DNA of 63,995 nucleotides, counting the filler, from a bacterium (GTDB taxonomy: Bacteria; UBA9089; CG2-30-40-21; SBAY01), in NCBI GenBank assembly GCA_040757115.1. It is 8 parts of 8 records of this genome, joined end to end, with 100 filler letters (N's around TTAATTAATTAA, not from the genome) between each part and the next. Parts side by side here need not be neighbours in the genome. Positions count along the whole stretch, not along the records: positions 1 to 28,037 come from JBFLYA010000025.1; 7 more parts are not named here. One strand, given 5' to 3'. The position numbers and the translations under genes are program-made. Of the stretch, positions 1 to 9,343 are shown piece by piece (position 1 is the stretch's first letter; the number at the start of each line of letters is the position of its first letter). The notes below the pieces were generated by a model that saw nothing but the letters and a program-made list of their open reading frames with translations, had not been told where the DNA came from and ran no database searches.

Positions 1-800
1 AATATAATGCCCCATCACTACATGTCGCCGCATCTCGCTGCGTTAATCCACTCCCTAATATCAATGTCGTCGTCCCTATCCGCAAGACGATATCCTGGCC
101 TAACTCATCCTTTGCCCTGACCTTAAACCCATACTTTATACCCACTAATGTCTTCTCTACCTGACTTAATGACCCATAGGTAAAGGTCGTCCCAGTAGCT
201 ATATACCCGGTCACCGTTACTGTCCCTTTATCTTCACCTGTCCCCGCAAAATATAATGCCCCAGCACTACATGTCGCATTGTCTATCTGCGTTAACCCAC
301 TCCCTAACATCAATGTCGTCGTCCCTATCCGCAAGACGATATCCTGCCCTAACTCATCCTTTGCCCTGACCTTAAACCCATACTTTATACCCACTAATGT
401 CTTCTCTACCTGACTTAATGACCCATAGGTAAAGGTCGTCCCAGTAGCTATATACCCGGTCACCGTTACTGTCCCTTTATCTTCACCTGTCCCCGCAAAA
501 TATAATGCCCCAGCACTACATGTCGCATTGTCTATCTGCGTTAACCCACTCCCTAACATCAATGTCGTCGTCCCTGGCCGTAAATTCATCACCTGACCTA
601 ACTCATCCACACCATTTACCTTAAATCCATACTTTATCCCTTTTAAACTTATTAGTGTTTGTGTTGACGAATCATAGAAAAAAGTAGTTGCAGTCGCTAC
701 ATATCCATGTATTGTTAATGTCCCTTGACCCGTTCCTGTTGCGGCTAAATATAAATAGCCTGAACTATAGGTTGCCCTTACCTGTCCTAAACCATCGCCT
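1..800. repeat. 249-bp (83-codon) intragenic tandem repeat
   Basis: TCAATGTCGTCGTCCCT recurs at 61, 310 and 559 (period 249). Two copies are near-identical and the next is more diverged. Confidence 0.9.
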
Positions 801-1390
801 AAAATTAAAGTAGTTGTCCCCTCTCTCAGATACTTCCAACAGTTTAACTCATCCCATGCCTCTATTTTAAATCCAAACCAAAGAGAAATAGTGCCATAGT
901 TTGGATGTGCCAGGGAGTATGTTCCAGGAGGAAGAGTAGGTGTTCCTACAATATTTGTTGTCCAACTACCGACATAACCTGCGGCAGTAGCAGTAGCGTT
1001 CTCCCATGCATCACCATCATCAGCCCCGGCTATAGTCATTGTCCCTTTCGATACAGTAATTGTCCCATCCGGGACCCCATCTGCATCATTAAAACCTCCA
1101 TCAACCGCTACTGTCCCTACATCTCCTACTGTTTTAAGTGTAACCGTCCCACCAATAACTGGTGTCCCAAACTGGTCAACTAATTTTATGACCACATCAC
1201 CATTAGCCGCTTGTGCTACCCCATTAAAACAAAAAACTACTGTCCCTATGACAAATAGAGACAGTAGTCCTTTGATAATTTTTTGGTCTATAAAAGCTGT
1301 AATTTTGGACACACCTTGAGTATTATCCAATTTCTTGAACCTCGTTATAAATAAATTATGCTGGTTTGGTCTACTACTTTCTGTATCCAT
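1..1390 (-). CDS. N-terminal part of a large secreted/surface protein with 83-aa tandem repeats (runs off window start)
   Basis: Manual translation (absent from the ORF track): ATG at 1390, frame open to position 2. MDTESSRPNQHNLFITRFKKLDNTQGVSKI...LLSLFVIGTVVFCFNGVAQA signal-like leader, then Thr/Gly-rich repeats (...GIKYGFKVRAKDELGQDIVLRIGTTTLMLGSGLTQ...). Confidence 0.85.
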   Translation of the reverse strand, partial: MDTESSRPNQHNLFITRFKKLDNTQGVSKITAFIDQKIIKGLLSLFVIGTVVFCFNGVAQAANGDVVIKLVDQFGTPVIGGTVTLKTVGDVGTVAVDGGFNDADGVPDGTITVSKGTMTIAGADDGDAWENATATAAGYVGSWTTNIVGTPTLPPGTYSLAHPNYGTISLWFGFKIEAWDELNCWKYLREGTTTLILGDGLGQVRATYSSGYLYLAATGTGQGTLTIHGYVATATTFFYDSSTQTLISLKGIKYGFKVNGVDELGQVMNLRPGTTTLMLGSGLTQIDNATCSAGALYFAGTGEDKGTVTVTGYIATGTTFTYGSLSQVEKTLVGIKYGFKVRAKDELGQDIVLRIGTTTLMLGSGLTQIDNATCSAGALYFAGTGEDKGTVTVTGYIATGTTFTYGSLSQVEKTLVGIKYGFKVRAKDELGQDIVLRIGTTTLILGSGLTQRDAATCSDGALY

Positions 1391-1492
1391 CAGTACCTTT
1401 CTCTTTTTTTATTTAGGACGCAGATTTTCGCAGATTATCAGGATATAATAAAATCTTTATCTTAAAATATATTAAAATCCTGAAAATCTGCG
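1275..1492. repeat. ~220-bp upstream region + leader-peptide block duplicated at ~5643-5862
   Basis: Near-identical sequence from ...TATAAAAG.TGTAATTTTGGACACACCTTGAG to ...TGAAAATCTGCGTT in both places. The coding part also recurs, more diverged, at ~6300-6370. Confidence 0.9.
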
Positions 1493-1560
1493 TTATTTAT
1501 CTTGCCTCCCCAAAAAAATTCGTGTCTATTCGTAGTTCTATCCGTGTGTATTCGTGGTTC

Positions 1561-3432
1561 TTATTTTACTTGCACTACAAAGCTTACAGTCGCCTCACTT
1601 ACCGCTGGTAATGGTGTTGTGCGTGTCCATTTCACCATGGTCGCTGTTGTACTGAATGTCGATGTCCAGCTACCACCTACATAATACTCAATTATCGTAT
1701 CTGTCCCTGTGGCTGGCTGGTCTAATGTTGTATTCGCCGGAATATAATCGATTATCATTATGTCTGTTGCGGGTGAACCAGAGTTGTTACGGTAAGTGAG
1801 TGTGTAGGTAATTGTTCCACCTGGTCTAACCAGTGATTTATCCCGTGACTTGGTAATCGTAATCACCGCTGGAATACCGGAACTGCAGATGGTTACTACT
1901 TCATCTGTGCGAGTATCCGGATATCCCCAGTTATCGTCTGCACCTGAACCATTTTGGTCTTTGGCAGTGAGTGTCGTTGTAGATTGCTGACCTGTAGTCG
2001 CTGTTGCAGGAATCTGCACTCCTAAGAAGAAGTAGTTGAATTCATTTGGCCCTAAACTCAGTTGTGTAATCGTAGTTGTTTCGGTGGCTTGATGCACTCC
2101 ATCTTGATTATCGTCCTTGATGATTATTGATCTCCACGAATTACTCGGTGTGAGAGTAATCGTATCTGTCCCGTTACCCATATTGCGAATCCAGTAGGTG
2201 TAATACACTGTGGTATTGTAAGTCCCTGATTTATCTGCTGGCTGTGGTAGATGGGATAGTCCATAGACCTGCTCTACGGTTGTGGTCACTTGATTACAGG
2301 TAATCGTTCCATGCCCATCCGTCGAGGTATAGACAAGTATCACATCACCTGGAGCATCTGCCTCATCTAAAGTAGCTGTGTCCGAGCCATTGATGATTTG
2401 TGTATTAGCTAATGTTAGAGTATAGAGTGGTGTAATCGCTACTCCCCAAGGATAAGAACCAACTGGAATAGAAGCCCCTACTACTTGATTTGTACTCGTA
2501 TCTATCACTGAAACACTAGCTAAAATAGCGTTAGTCACATAGGCATATCTTCCATCCGGTGTTATCGCTATCCCATAAGAACGAGAACCAACTGGAATGG
2601 GAGTTCCTACTACTTGATTTGTACCCGTATCTATCACTGAAACATTATGTGAGTCCCTGTTAGTCACATAGGTATATCTTCCATCCGGTGTTATCGCTAT
2701 CCCATGAGGATAAGAACCAACTGGAATGGTCCCTACTACTTGATTTGTACTCGTATCTATCACTGAAACATTATGTGAGTCCCTGTTAGTCACATAGGCA
2801 TATCTTCCATCCGGTGTTATCGCTACTCCCCAAGGGCCAGAACCAACTGAAATAGTCCCTACTACTTGATTTGTACTCGTATCTATCACTGAAACATTAG
2901 CGGAACCCCCGTTAGTCACATAGGCATATCTTCCATCAGGTGTTATCGCTATCCCAGTAGGATAAGAACCAACTGGAATGGGAGCCCCTACTACTTGATT
3001 TGTACTCGTATCTATCACTGAGACATTAGCGGAAACCTCGTTAGTCACATAGGCATATCTTCCATCCGGTGTTATCGCTACTCCCAAAGGACTAGAACCA
3101 ACTGGAATGGTCCCTACTACTTGATTTGTACTCGTATCTATCACTGAAACATTATGTGAGCTCCTGTTAGTCACATAGGCATATCTTCCATCCGGTGTTA
3201 TCGCTACTCCATCAGGATTAGTACCGACTGGAATGGGAGCCCCTACTACTTGATTTGTACTCGTATCTATCACTGAGACCTTATGTGAGCCATGGTTAGT
3301 CACATAGACATACGGATATGCGTTTACTTCGCCTGGCAGCACAGTATATCCTGCCCAAATCACCCCAGCCATCACCACACTAATTATCATTTTGCCCTTA
3401 TCACTTATCATTTTACATTTTACATTTTGCAT
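1561..3432 (-). CDS. Secreted YVTN-repeat beta-propeller protein with C-terminal DUF11-like domain
   Basis: Seven YAYVTN...VSVIDTSTNQVVG.IPVG..P.G.AITPDG repeats; C-terminal ITITKSRDKSLVRPGGTITYTLTYRN (DUF11). Start moved to ATG 3432, which follows an AAGGAG RBS. Confidence 0.9.
   Translation of the reverse strand: MQNVKCKMISDKGKMIISVVMAGVIWAGYTVLPGEVNAYPYVYVTNHGSHKVSVIDTSTNQVVGAPIPVGTNPDGVAITPDGRYAYVTNRSSHNVSVIDTSTNQVVGTIPVGSSPLGVAITPDGRYAYVTNEVSANVSVIDTSTNQVVGAPIPVGSYPTGIAITPDGRYAYVTNGGSANVSVIDTSTNQVVGTISVGSGPWGVAITPDGRYAYVTNRDSHNVSVIDTSTNQVVGTIPVGSYPHGIAITPDGRYTYVTNRDSHNVSVIDTGTNQVVGTPIPVGSRSYGIAITPDGRYAYVTNAILASVSVIDTSTNQVVGASIPVGSYPWGVAITPLYTLTLANTQIINGSDTATLDEADAPGDVILVYTSTDGHGTITCNQVTTTVEQVYGLSHLPQPADKSGTYNTTVYYTYWIRNMGNGTDTITLTPSNSWRSIIIKDDNQDGVHQATETTTITQLSLGPNEFNYFFLGVQIPATATTGQQSTTTLTAKDQNGSGADDNWGYPDTRTDEVVTICSSGIPAVITITKSRDKSLVRPGGTITYTLTYRNNSGSPATDIMIIDYIPANTTLDQPATGTDTIIEYYVGGSWTSTFSTTATMVKWTRTTPLPAVSEATVSFVVQVK
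2430..3310. repeat. Seven 126-129-bp near-identical YVTN blade repeats
   Basis: CCTACTACTTGATTTGTACTCGTATCTATCACTGA repeated nearly unchanged in seven units. Confidence 0.9.
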
Positions 3433-3494
3433 TTTATTTTTTAACTCCTTTCGCTTTTGAGAACACTTTCGGATAAATTTAACCCTCTTTTTAT

Positions 3495-3912
3495 AGTTAT
3501 CCTTACCCACATCTTTTAGAAACCACGAAGGGCACGAAGAATTATAACATAAATAATAGGAGACAGATTTTTGCATTAAGCTCCAGAGGAGCTCTAACTG
3601 TTTGTAGAATTGAAGGACAAAAAATGTTTTTTAGCTCCGTAGGAGCGCCCTGATTATTTAATCTATTCAAACGAATATTTTACCTGTGCGGGTAGATTTT
3701 TACAAACAGGACGCCTCTACGAGGCTGAATTTTGTTACATTTCCTTTATTCTACTACAAACAGAATGCCTCTACAAGGCTAATCTCTTTATTTAATTTCG
3801 TGAAGTCCTATATTTCTAATATTCTTCGTGAACTTCATGCTTTCTTCGTGCTCTTCGTGGTTTATCTTTACTTACTTCCCTTCTTTTACCCAACTTGTGG
3901 GTAAGGATAAGC
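3495..3912. mobile_element. MITE-like element with 15-bp terminal inverted repeats and REP-like palindromes inside
   Basis: TTATCCTTACCCACA (3497-3511) / TGTGGGTAAGGATAA (3896-3910), with TTTTTAT flanking both sides. Internal AGCTCCAGAGGAGCT and GCTCCGTAGGAGC palindromes. Confidence 0.55.
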
Positions 3913-4141
3913 TTTTTATCAGGGATGACCACTGGTCATTTTTCTCTTCACCCTCATCCGTGGTTATGGGTATTTTCTTCTCACACCCACCACCTAAAAC
4001 TCAACACCTTATCCCTACTGGCTGCCTACTTTAACTTTTTATCCGAGACACTTCTCTATCTTGGTTGAAATCAAAATAACTATATTCACCTGTAACATTA
4101 TGTAGGTTATTAACCACAGTTTATAAGAGATTTAAAACCCT

Positions 4142-4522
4142 TCACTTTATCTTCAATCGCAAAGTAACACTACCTACACCCCCTCCCTCTACTGGATTGT
4201 TTAGTAACCATTTGACTTTAGTTACTGGTAAAATAGGTAATGTATCAAAATCATCATTGTTATCATGACAATAATAGACGGTAGTATTCATATTTCCTGC
4301 TTCCTGGAAAATAGTATTTGCAGGAACTACATCAATGATAGCAATTTCATTTAAACTTACGCTGGTAAGATTTTGATAGGTAATTTTATAGGTGACAATA
4401 TCACTTGGGTTAGCAGATATTTTATCAACTTCCTTAGTTAAAATTACCTCTTGTCCCAAAACAGAAATTGGCAAGATAATCAAGATGATAAAAATATTTA
4501 TGAAGATTAACCTTAAATTCAT
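4142..4522 (-). CDS. Small secreted DUF11-domain protein
   Basis: Signal peptide; LTKEVDKISANPSDIVTYKITYQN...IIDVVPANT motif. Confidence 0.85.
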   Translation of the reverse strand: MNLRLIFINIFIILIILPISVLGQEVILTKEVDKISANPSDIVTYKITYQNLTSVSLNEIAIIDVVPANTIFQEAGNMNTTVYYCHDNNDDFDTLPILPVTKVKWLLNNPVEGGGVGSVTLRLKIK

Positions 4523-4560
4523 TCTCCTGTCTCCTTACACTCTAAAAATAAATTTCATTG

Positions 4561-5511
4561 TTATCTTATAATTCCAATTTTACCTTTAACTTTGTAACCT
4601 TCTTCGGTAGTAATCAGATAGATATAAATTCCACTTGCTACCTTTTCACTATCTTCATTTTTCCCATCCCATGTAGGTCTACCGCTATCTACAGGTGTCA
4701 CTTCAATCGTTTTTACCAATTCTCCAGCAACAGTAAATATTCTAATGGTAGCATAGTCTGTTACATCGACAAATGTCATCCTATTATGTATTGCCGGTTT
4801 AAATGGATTAGGATAAACATAGACTTTGGATAAATCCTTACCAAAAGGAATTCCTCTTATGACATAGAGAGAAAAATGCCGCACATCTGCAGAAAGAGTA
4901 TTGGCTAAAATATCAATCACTCCTCCTGGCACCTCTACCCACTTATTATCCTGCAAGACATACATTTTTAAAGAACTTTCCCCTATTGTTGTTCCATCTA
5001 CTATGCCATCCTGATTGACATCAGGATAAGGAATAGTAATAGTAAGTTGTTTCTTAAAATCTTGTGTAATTGTTCCCTCTTCCTCATAGGCTAAAAAGAC
5101 TCGCACTGTAGAATCTATTTTCTTATAAGTATGGTCGCCATCATCCGCCAGTTCAATCTTTAATCCCTTAATTTGTTCCTCAAATAACTGAGGGGTATTA
5201 ATTGGATCTATGATAGAGATATAGGTAGTAGTGACAAAGGCATCTCCCGGAACCTCTATCTTCGTCTTTTTATCCTCCCCTACGATTACCTGAGGAGTAA
5301 AAGTAGCGACAACTGGTGTTAAAATTAGTGTCTCTACCATATTAGAGCAAACAAAGCGATTTACCCCATCCTTATAAAAGATAATTACATCTCCCGGCAA
5401 ATCAACTTCACCAAAATTACCCTCATCTCCTCCATTACGAATGATCTCTGAAAAGGATAGGTGAGGTAAAAAAACCATAAGTATCAGGCAGATAATCAAT
5501 TGGTAATTCAT
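4561..5511 (-). CDS. Secreted protein with C-terminal FlgD-Ig/T9SS-CTD-like domain
   Basis: Signal peptide from ATG 5511; C-terminus VYVYPNPF...IRIFTVAGELVK...WDGKN...VASGIYIYLI...GKIGIIR. Confidence 0.85.
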   Translation of the reverse strand: MNYQLIICLILMVFLPHLSFSEIIRNGGDEGNFGEVDLPGDVIIFYKDGVNRFVCSNMVETLILTPVVATFTPQVIVGEDKKTKIEVPGDAFVTTTYISIIDPINTPQLFEEQIKGLKIELADDGDHTYKKIDSTVRVFLAYEEEGTITQDFKKQLTITIPYPDVNQDGIVDGTTIGESSLKMYVLQDNKWVEVPGGVIDILANTLSADVRHFSLYVIRGIPFGKDLSKVYVYPNPFKPAIHNRMTFVDVTDYATIRIFTVAGELVKTIEVTPVDSGRPTWDGKNEDSEKVASGIYIYLITTEEGYKVKGKIGIIR

Positions 5512-5544
5512 TCGCTTAACTTCCTTAAATTCACTTTGCAAATT

Positions 5545-5760
5545 CTATTAGTCTGTCCTAACTCATCACCTCCTGTTACCTTAAACCCATACTTTAGCCC
5601 TTTTAATTCCATCAGAACCTGACTTAACAATTCATAATCAAATGATAATTTTTTGCTCTATAAAAGATGTAATTTTGGACACACCTTGAGTATTATCCAA
5701 TTTCTTGAACCTCGTTATAAATAAATTATGCTGGTTTGGTCTACTACTTTCTGTATCCAT
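5545..5760 (-). pseudogene. Deletion remnant of a paralog of the 83-aa repeat protein (leader fused out of frame to one repeat fragment)
   Basis: ATG 5760 gives MDTESSRPNQHNLFITRFKKLDNTQGVSKITSFIEQKIII*. Another frame gives FDYELLSQVLMELKGLKYGFKVTGGDELGQ, which matches the repeat unit of CDS 1-1390. Confidence 0.75.
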
Positions 5761-5891
5761 CAATACCTTCTCTTTTTTTATTTAGGACGCAGATTTTCGC
5801 AGATTATCAGGATATAATAAAATCTTTATCTTAAAATATATTAAAATCCTGAAAATCTGCGTTTATCGGCGTCCTCAAAAAGCAAAAATAT

Positions 5892-6414
5892 TTACATAAC
5901 TCCTGCATATCTTAAGCTTTCAGCCAATCTTGGTTCTCTTAAAGCGAATTCTTTAAGTGCTCGACTAATCTTCTCTTCTTTCTCCTCCTAATTCATTAAT
6001 TTTTTTCACCGCAGGCGAGATTGCCGTTCTTCTATCCCAAATGATAAAACCTACCAATGTAAAAATTCCGGCTAACATAACATATAAAAGACTTCTCACA
6101 TCATCTATCCGTTTATTTACATCATCTATCCGCTTATTTACATATCCGAATTCTTTTTGCATTTCTTCCCTGAGGGCTTGAACTTCTTCTTTAACTATCT
6201 TCCGTATTTCTTCTATGTCCTGTTTAGTCAAATCTGCATATACACCACTACTGGAAAAAATTACTATCCCCATGACAAATAAAGTCAATAGTCTTCTGAT
6301 AATTTTTGACTCTATAAAAGATATAATTTTGGACACACCTTGAGTATTATCCAATTTCTTGAACCTCGTTAATAATTTATTACACTGATGTTCTTGAGAT
6401 TTACTACCTTCCAT
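5892..6414 (-). pseudogene. Coiled-coil/TM protein (DDVNKRI repeats, WDRRTA motif), frameshifted near the C-terminus
   Basis: The ORF stops at 5965. Removing one G after TTA restores ...INELEEKEEKISRALKEFALREPRLAESLRYAGVM* to 5892, the kind of tail I recall for this family. Could be a sequencing error. Confidence 0.6.
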
Positions 6415-6476
6415 AATACCTTAATTTTATTTTTTTATCACCACAGATTTCACACATTATCACAAGATTAAAATCA

Positions 6477-6676
6477 GGTGGTGTCTTAATCTAGCATAAA
6501 GGTTGAAATAGTGTAAGAAAAGGAGATATGGGGATTATGGAGATAAAGAGATAAATTCATTCTAAAATTTTGCAAATTACAATGAATAATCTCCATATCT
6601 CCCTTTATCTCCTTATCCCCTTTTTTACACCAAATCTGCATAGATTTCACTATTAGCGTTATTTTCAGACACCACC
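6477..6676. mobile_element. MITE with GGTGGTGTCT...AGACACCACC ends (IS1-like termini)
   Basis: 10-bp TIR. Homologous copies or fragments at 28204-28253, 39361-39398 and 63687-63872. Confidence 0.7.
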
Positions 6677-7073
6677 TTTTTTGTAACCGGATTAAACAGA
6701 TTTAGCACAAAAAAAATCCACTTAATCCGCTTACAATTAAAAAAAAAAGTGATAGCACAATTTGAGCCTATCACTCTCTTATTAAAACCTTCTCTATGAT
6801 TAAAGAAAATACCCTGGGTATAATTAATCCTATAAAAAATATAAGTCCCAAAAATACTATTGAATTTTTGAATTTAAAAGATAATGTTTTTGTTTGGAAG
6901 AATTGTGCCCTTTTCATTAAATTTTAATCCTTTACCTGAAAATCGGGGTTCGGGGTTCGGATTTCGAAAATATATCTCCTTTCCACCCAAATCTCTAATC
7001 CCGAGAATTCCTAATCCCGTGCCTTTTCATTCACCTATGTGTCAATTTGTCGGCATAACCGTTTCCTCTGTCT

Positions 7074-9020
7074 TTAGTCTTTTTCCCCTTTTTGTTCACC
7101 TTCCTCAGAACCTTGTACCGGTTTTACTTCTTCCTTTTTCTCTTCTATAACCATAAAACTAATAGTCTGAACACTCCATGTATGGAAGCCAATTACCCTT
7201 ACTCTTACTTCTCCTGGGTCTTTAGTATTTACGGTAAAATTAGTCAAAAATCTGCCATTTTCATCAGCGGTTGCTTTGGCTATTTCAGTACTTTTTCCAA
7301 AATCTACTCGAACTGATTCATTTGCCCCATAGCCATTTCCTTCTATCTGGACTACGGTTCCATAGGATCCTGATGTAGGAGAAATCAATACTTTTTCTTT
7401 TATGCTCAAGGTATCACTTTTTTGTGCATTAGAATTCTTGCCTGTAACTGTATATGTCTTTTTACCACCAGATTGTGGTTCAATCTTAAACGAAATACTG
7501 AAATTCCCCTCTGAATCTGTGTTACCACTTGCCACATCTTTTGTCTTATCCACATCAATTTGCACTAATTCATTAACATCAAATCCATCACCCTGTATTT
7601 CTACCACATCCCCAACTGATGGAGAGGCATTTGGTGATATAAGTTTTATTTTTGGTTGAACAAGGAAATCTTCTTTTAAAACTTCACCATCACTCAAACT
7701 TACCACCTTAACAATAGCTTTACCTCCGGGATGAGTTGGGATTTTGAAACCCGCATCAAAATTACCCTGACGAACATCACTCGTGATTATGGCAATTGTC
7801 ATCACCTTGCCAAAGTCAATTTTAATCGGTTCATTACCAGGAAAACCTTCACCATGAATATAAATATTAGTCTCAACTTCTCCACTGGTTGGATTTATTT
7901 GTATGGTTGGTAATGTCGTAAATGCATCGGTAAAACTTATCTGGCGGCTATTAATTCCTACGACAGCTAACCGTCTTGTAACCTTACCTGGCTGAGGACT
8001 AACTCTTATCTGAGCCTCAACCATACCATCACAATTAGATTCAGTTCTTCCTGCGGCTAAAGTCCGACCTAAATCAATCCGGATTGATTCTGAAGAACCA
8101 AATCCTGTAGCGACTACCGTGATAAGACTTCCCACAATTCCTCTGGTAGGTGTAACTAACTCAATATTAGGCGTAATCACAAATCCCTTTTCATCCTTCT
8201 CACCGGTTAAAAGTCCATTGACAATAATATCTTTCCTGCCCTGACATTGGGTATTAACCGTAAATATAAGAGAAAACTTACCATTGCTGGTAGATGTAGT
8301 GCGGATAATACTTTCCGTCTTACCAAAATCAACTCGAATTGGCTCGTTGTTTCCATAACCTGCCCCTTCCACCGTAAGCAATGTGCCCACACAACCATTA
8401 GTTGGATTGACCGATTGGATTCCGCCTTGCAGAACATATTGAGTGGTATTGCTTTCTTTTGAAACCATACCCGTAACAACAATTTTCTTTGTCCCTGCTG
8501 GTTGTTCATCAGATGTAAAAGCGAGACTAAATCCTCCCTGGCCATCGGCTAAAATAGACTTCATCTCCTTATTTTCTCCAAAACTTATACAAATTTCCTC
8601 TCCTGAACCATAGCCATCTCCCTCAATCGCAATAAATTCACCTACCTTACCACAAACAGGTGTCATTAAACTAATTCTACTCTTTACGGCTATTGTGCCT
8701 CTATCTAAGGCATAAGAAGTGAATCCAACAACGACAAATTTATTCTCTCCGGCAGGATGCCTACCGAGTTGAAATGATGTTGAAAAACTACCTTCGCCAT
8801 TACATTGTGTTTGAACCGCACCAAATTGTCCAGCCAAATCAATTCTCACCGTCTCTGAAGGCGTGTATCCTTCACCTTCTACAGAGATAATTGTGCCCAC
8901 AGTCCCTGAGGTAGGATTAATTAAAGTTATCTTTCCTGCCTCTGCAGTAGTGCCCACTCCAATAACTATTCCCAGACATAAATAAACTAATCTCACTATT
9001 CTTTTTTTATTTATACACAT
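7074..9020 (-). CDS. Secreted protein made of ~7 IPT/TIG-like Ig repeats
   Basis: Signal peptide; repeating P.SG.VG..I...G.GY...E.IRIDFG...G.F...F.V..QP.G units. Confidence 0.85.
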   Translation of the reverse strand: MCINKKRIVRLVYLCLGIVIGVGTTAEAGKITLINPTSGTVGTIISVEGEGYTPSETVRIDLAGQFGAVQTQCNGEGSFSTSFQLGRHPAGENKFVVVGFTSYALDRGTIAVKSRISLMTPVCGKVGEFIAIEGDGYGSGEEICISFGENKEMKSILADGQGGFSLAFTSDEQPAGTKKIVVTGMVSKESNTTQYVLQGGIQSVNPTNGCVGTLLTVEGAGYGNNEPIRVDFGKTESIIRTTSTSNGKFSLIFTVNTQCQGRKDIIVNGLLTGEKDEKGFVITPNIELVTPTRGIVGSLITVVATGFGSSESIRIDLGRTLAAGRTESNCDGMVEAQIRVSPQPGKVTRRLAVVGINSRQISFTDAFTTLPTIQINPTSGEVETNIYIHGEGFPGNEPIKIDFGKVMTIAIITSDVRQGNFDAGFKIPTHPGGKAIVKVVSLSDGEVLKEDFLVQPKIKLISPNASPSVGDVVEIQGDGFDVNELVQIDVDKTKDVASGNTDSEGNFSISFKIEPQSGGKKTYTVTGKNSNAQKSDTLSIKEKVLISPTSGSYGTVVQIEGNGYGANESVRVDFGKSTEIAKATADENGRFLTNFTVNTKDPGEVRVRVIGFHTWSVQTISFMVIEEKKEEVKPVQGSEEGEQKGEKD

Positions 9021-9090
9021 ATCCTAACCCTCCCTTGATAATTAAAATTTTTTGCTTTTTTGTTTAAAATTGTGATATTTCTTTGACAGT

Positions 9091-9131
9091 AAAAAAATAA
9101 AGAAGGATACTTTAATAGTTACCCTCCTTTA
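9091..9131 (-). terminator. Intrinsic terminator-like hairpin upstream of CDS 7074-9020
   Basis: Minus strand AAAGGAGGGTAACT-ATTAA-AGTATCCTTCTTT followed by ATTTTTTT. Confidence 0.55.
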
Positions 9132-9343
9132 CCTTAATAATACCCAGTTTTGTTTGATTCATCCACATGATGTAGAGCATCAGAAATCAGTTGGGACTTC
9201 CTTTGCCCTGGCTCATCTCAAAAGAAGTTTCGCCTTAATGTAAGGCTTTTCATTATGGTGAGTTTTAGAAATATCTGTTGTATTTTATCATAATAGTATT
9301 AAATCTGTCAAGCAAAAAATTTATTTTTTTTTAAAAAAAATAT

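Noticed and set aside
1290-1345. Class III (prepilin) signal in KKLDNTQG/VSKI
   Set aside because: Charged residues follow the putative cleavage site before the hydrophobic stretch, which is not a canonical pilin pattern
2430-3310. Diversity-generating retroelement acting on YVTN blades
   Set aside because: No reverse transcriptase or template repeat in view, and differences are not confined to adenines
9190-9256. Hammerhead ribozyme (stem-GAAAC...GTC on the minus strand)
   Set aside because: The core reads ATGAAAA rather than CTGANGA and no stem I pairing is evident
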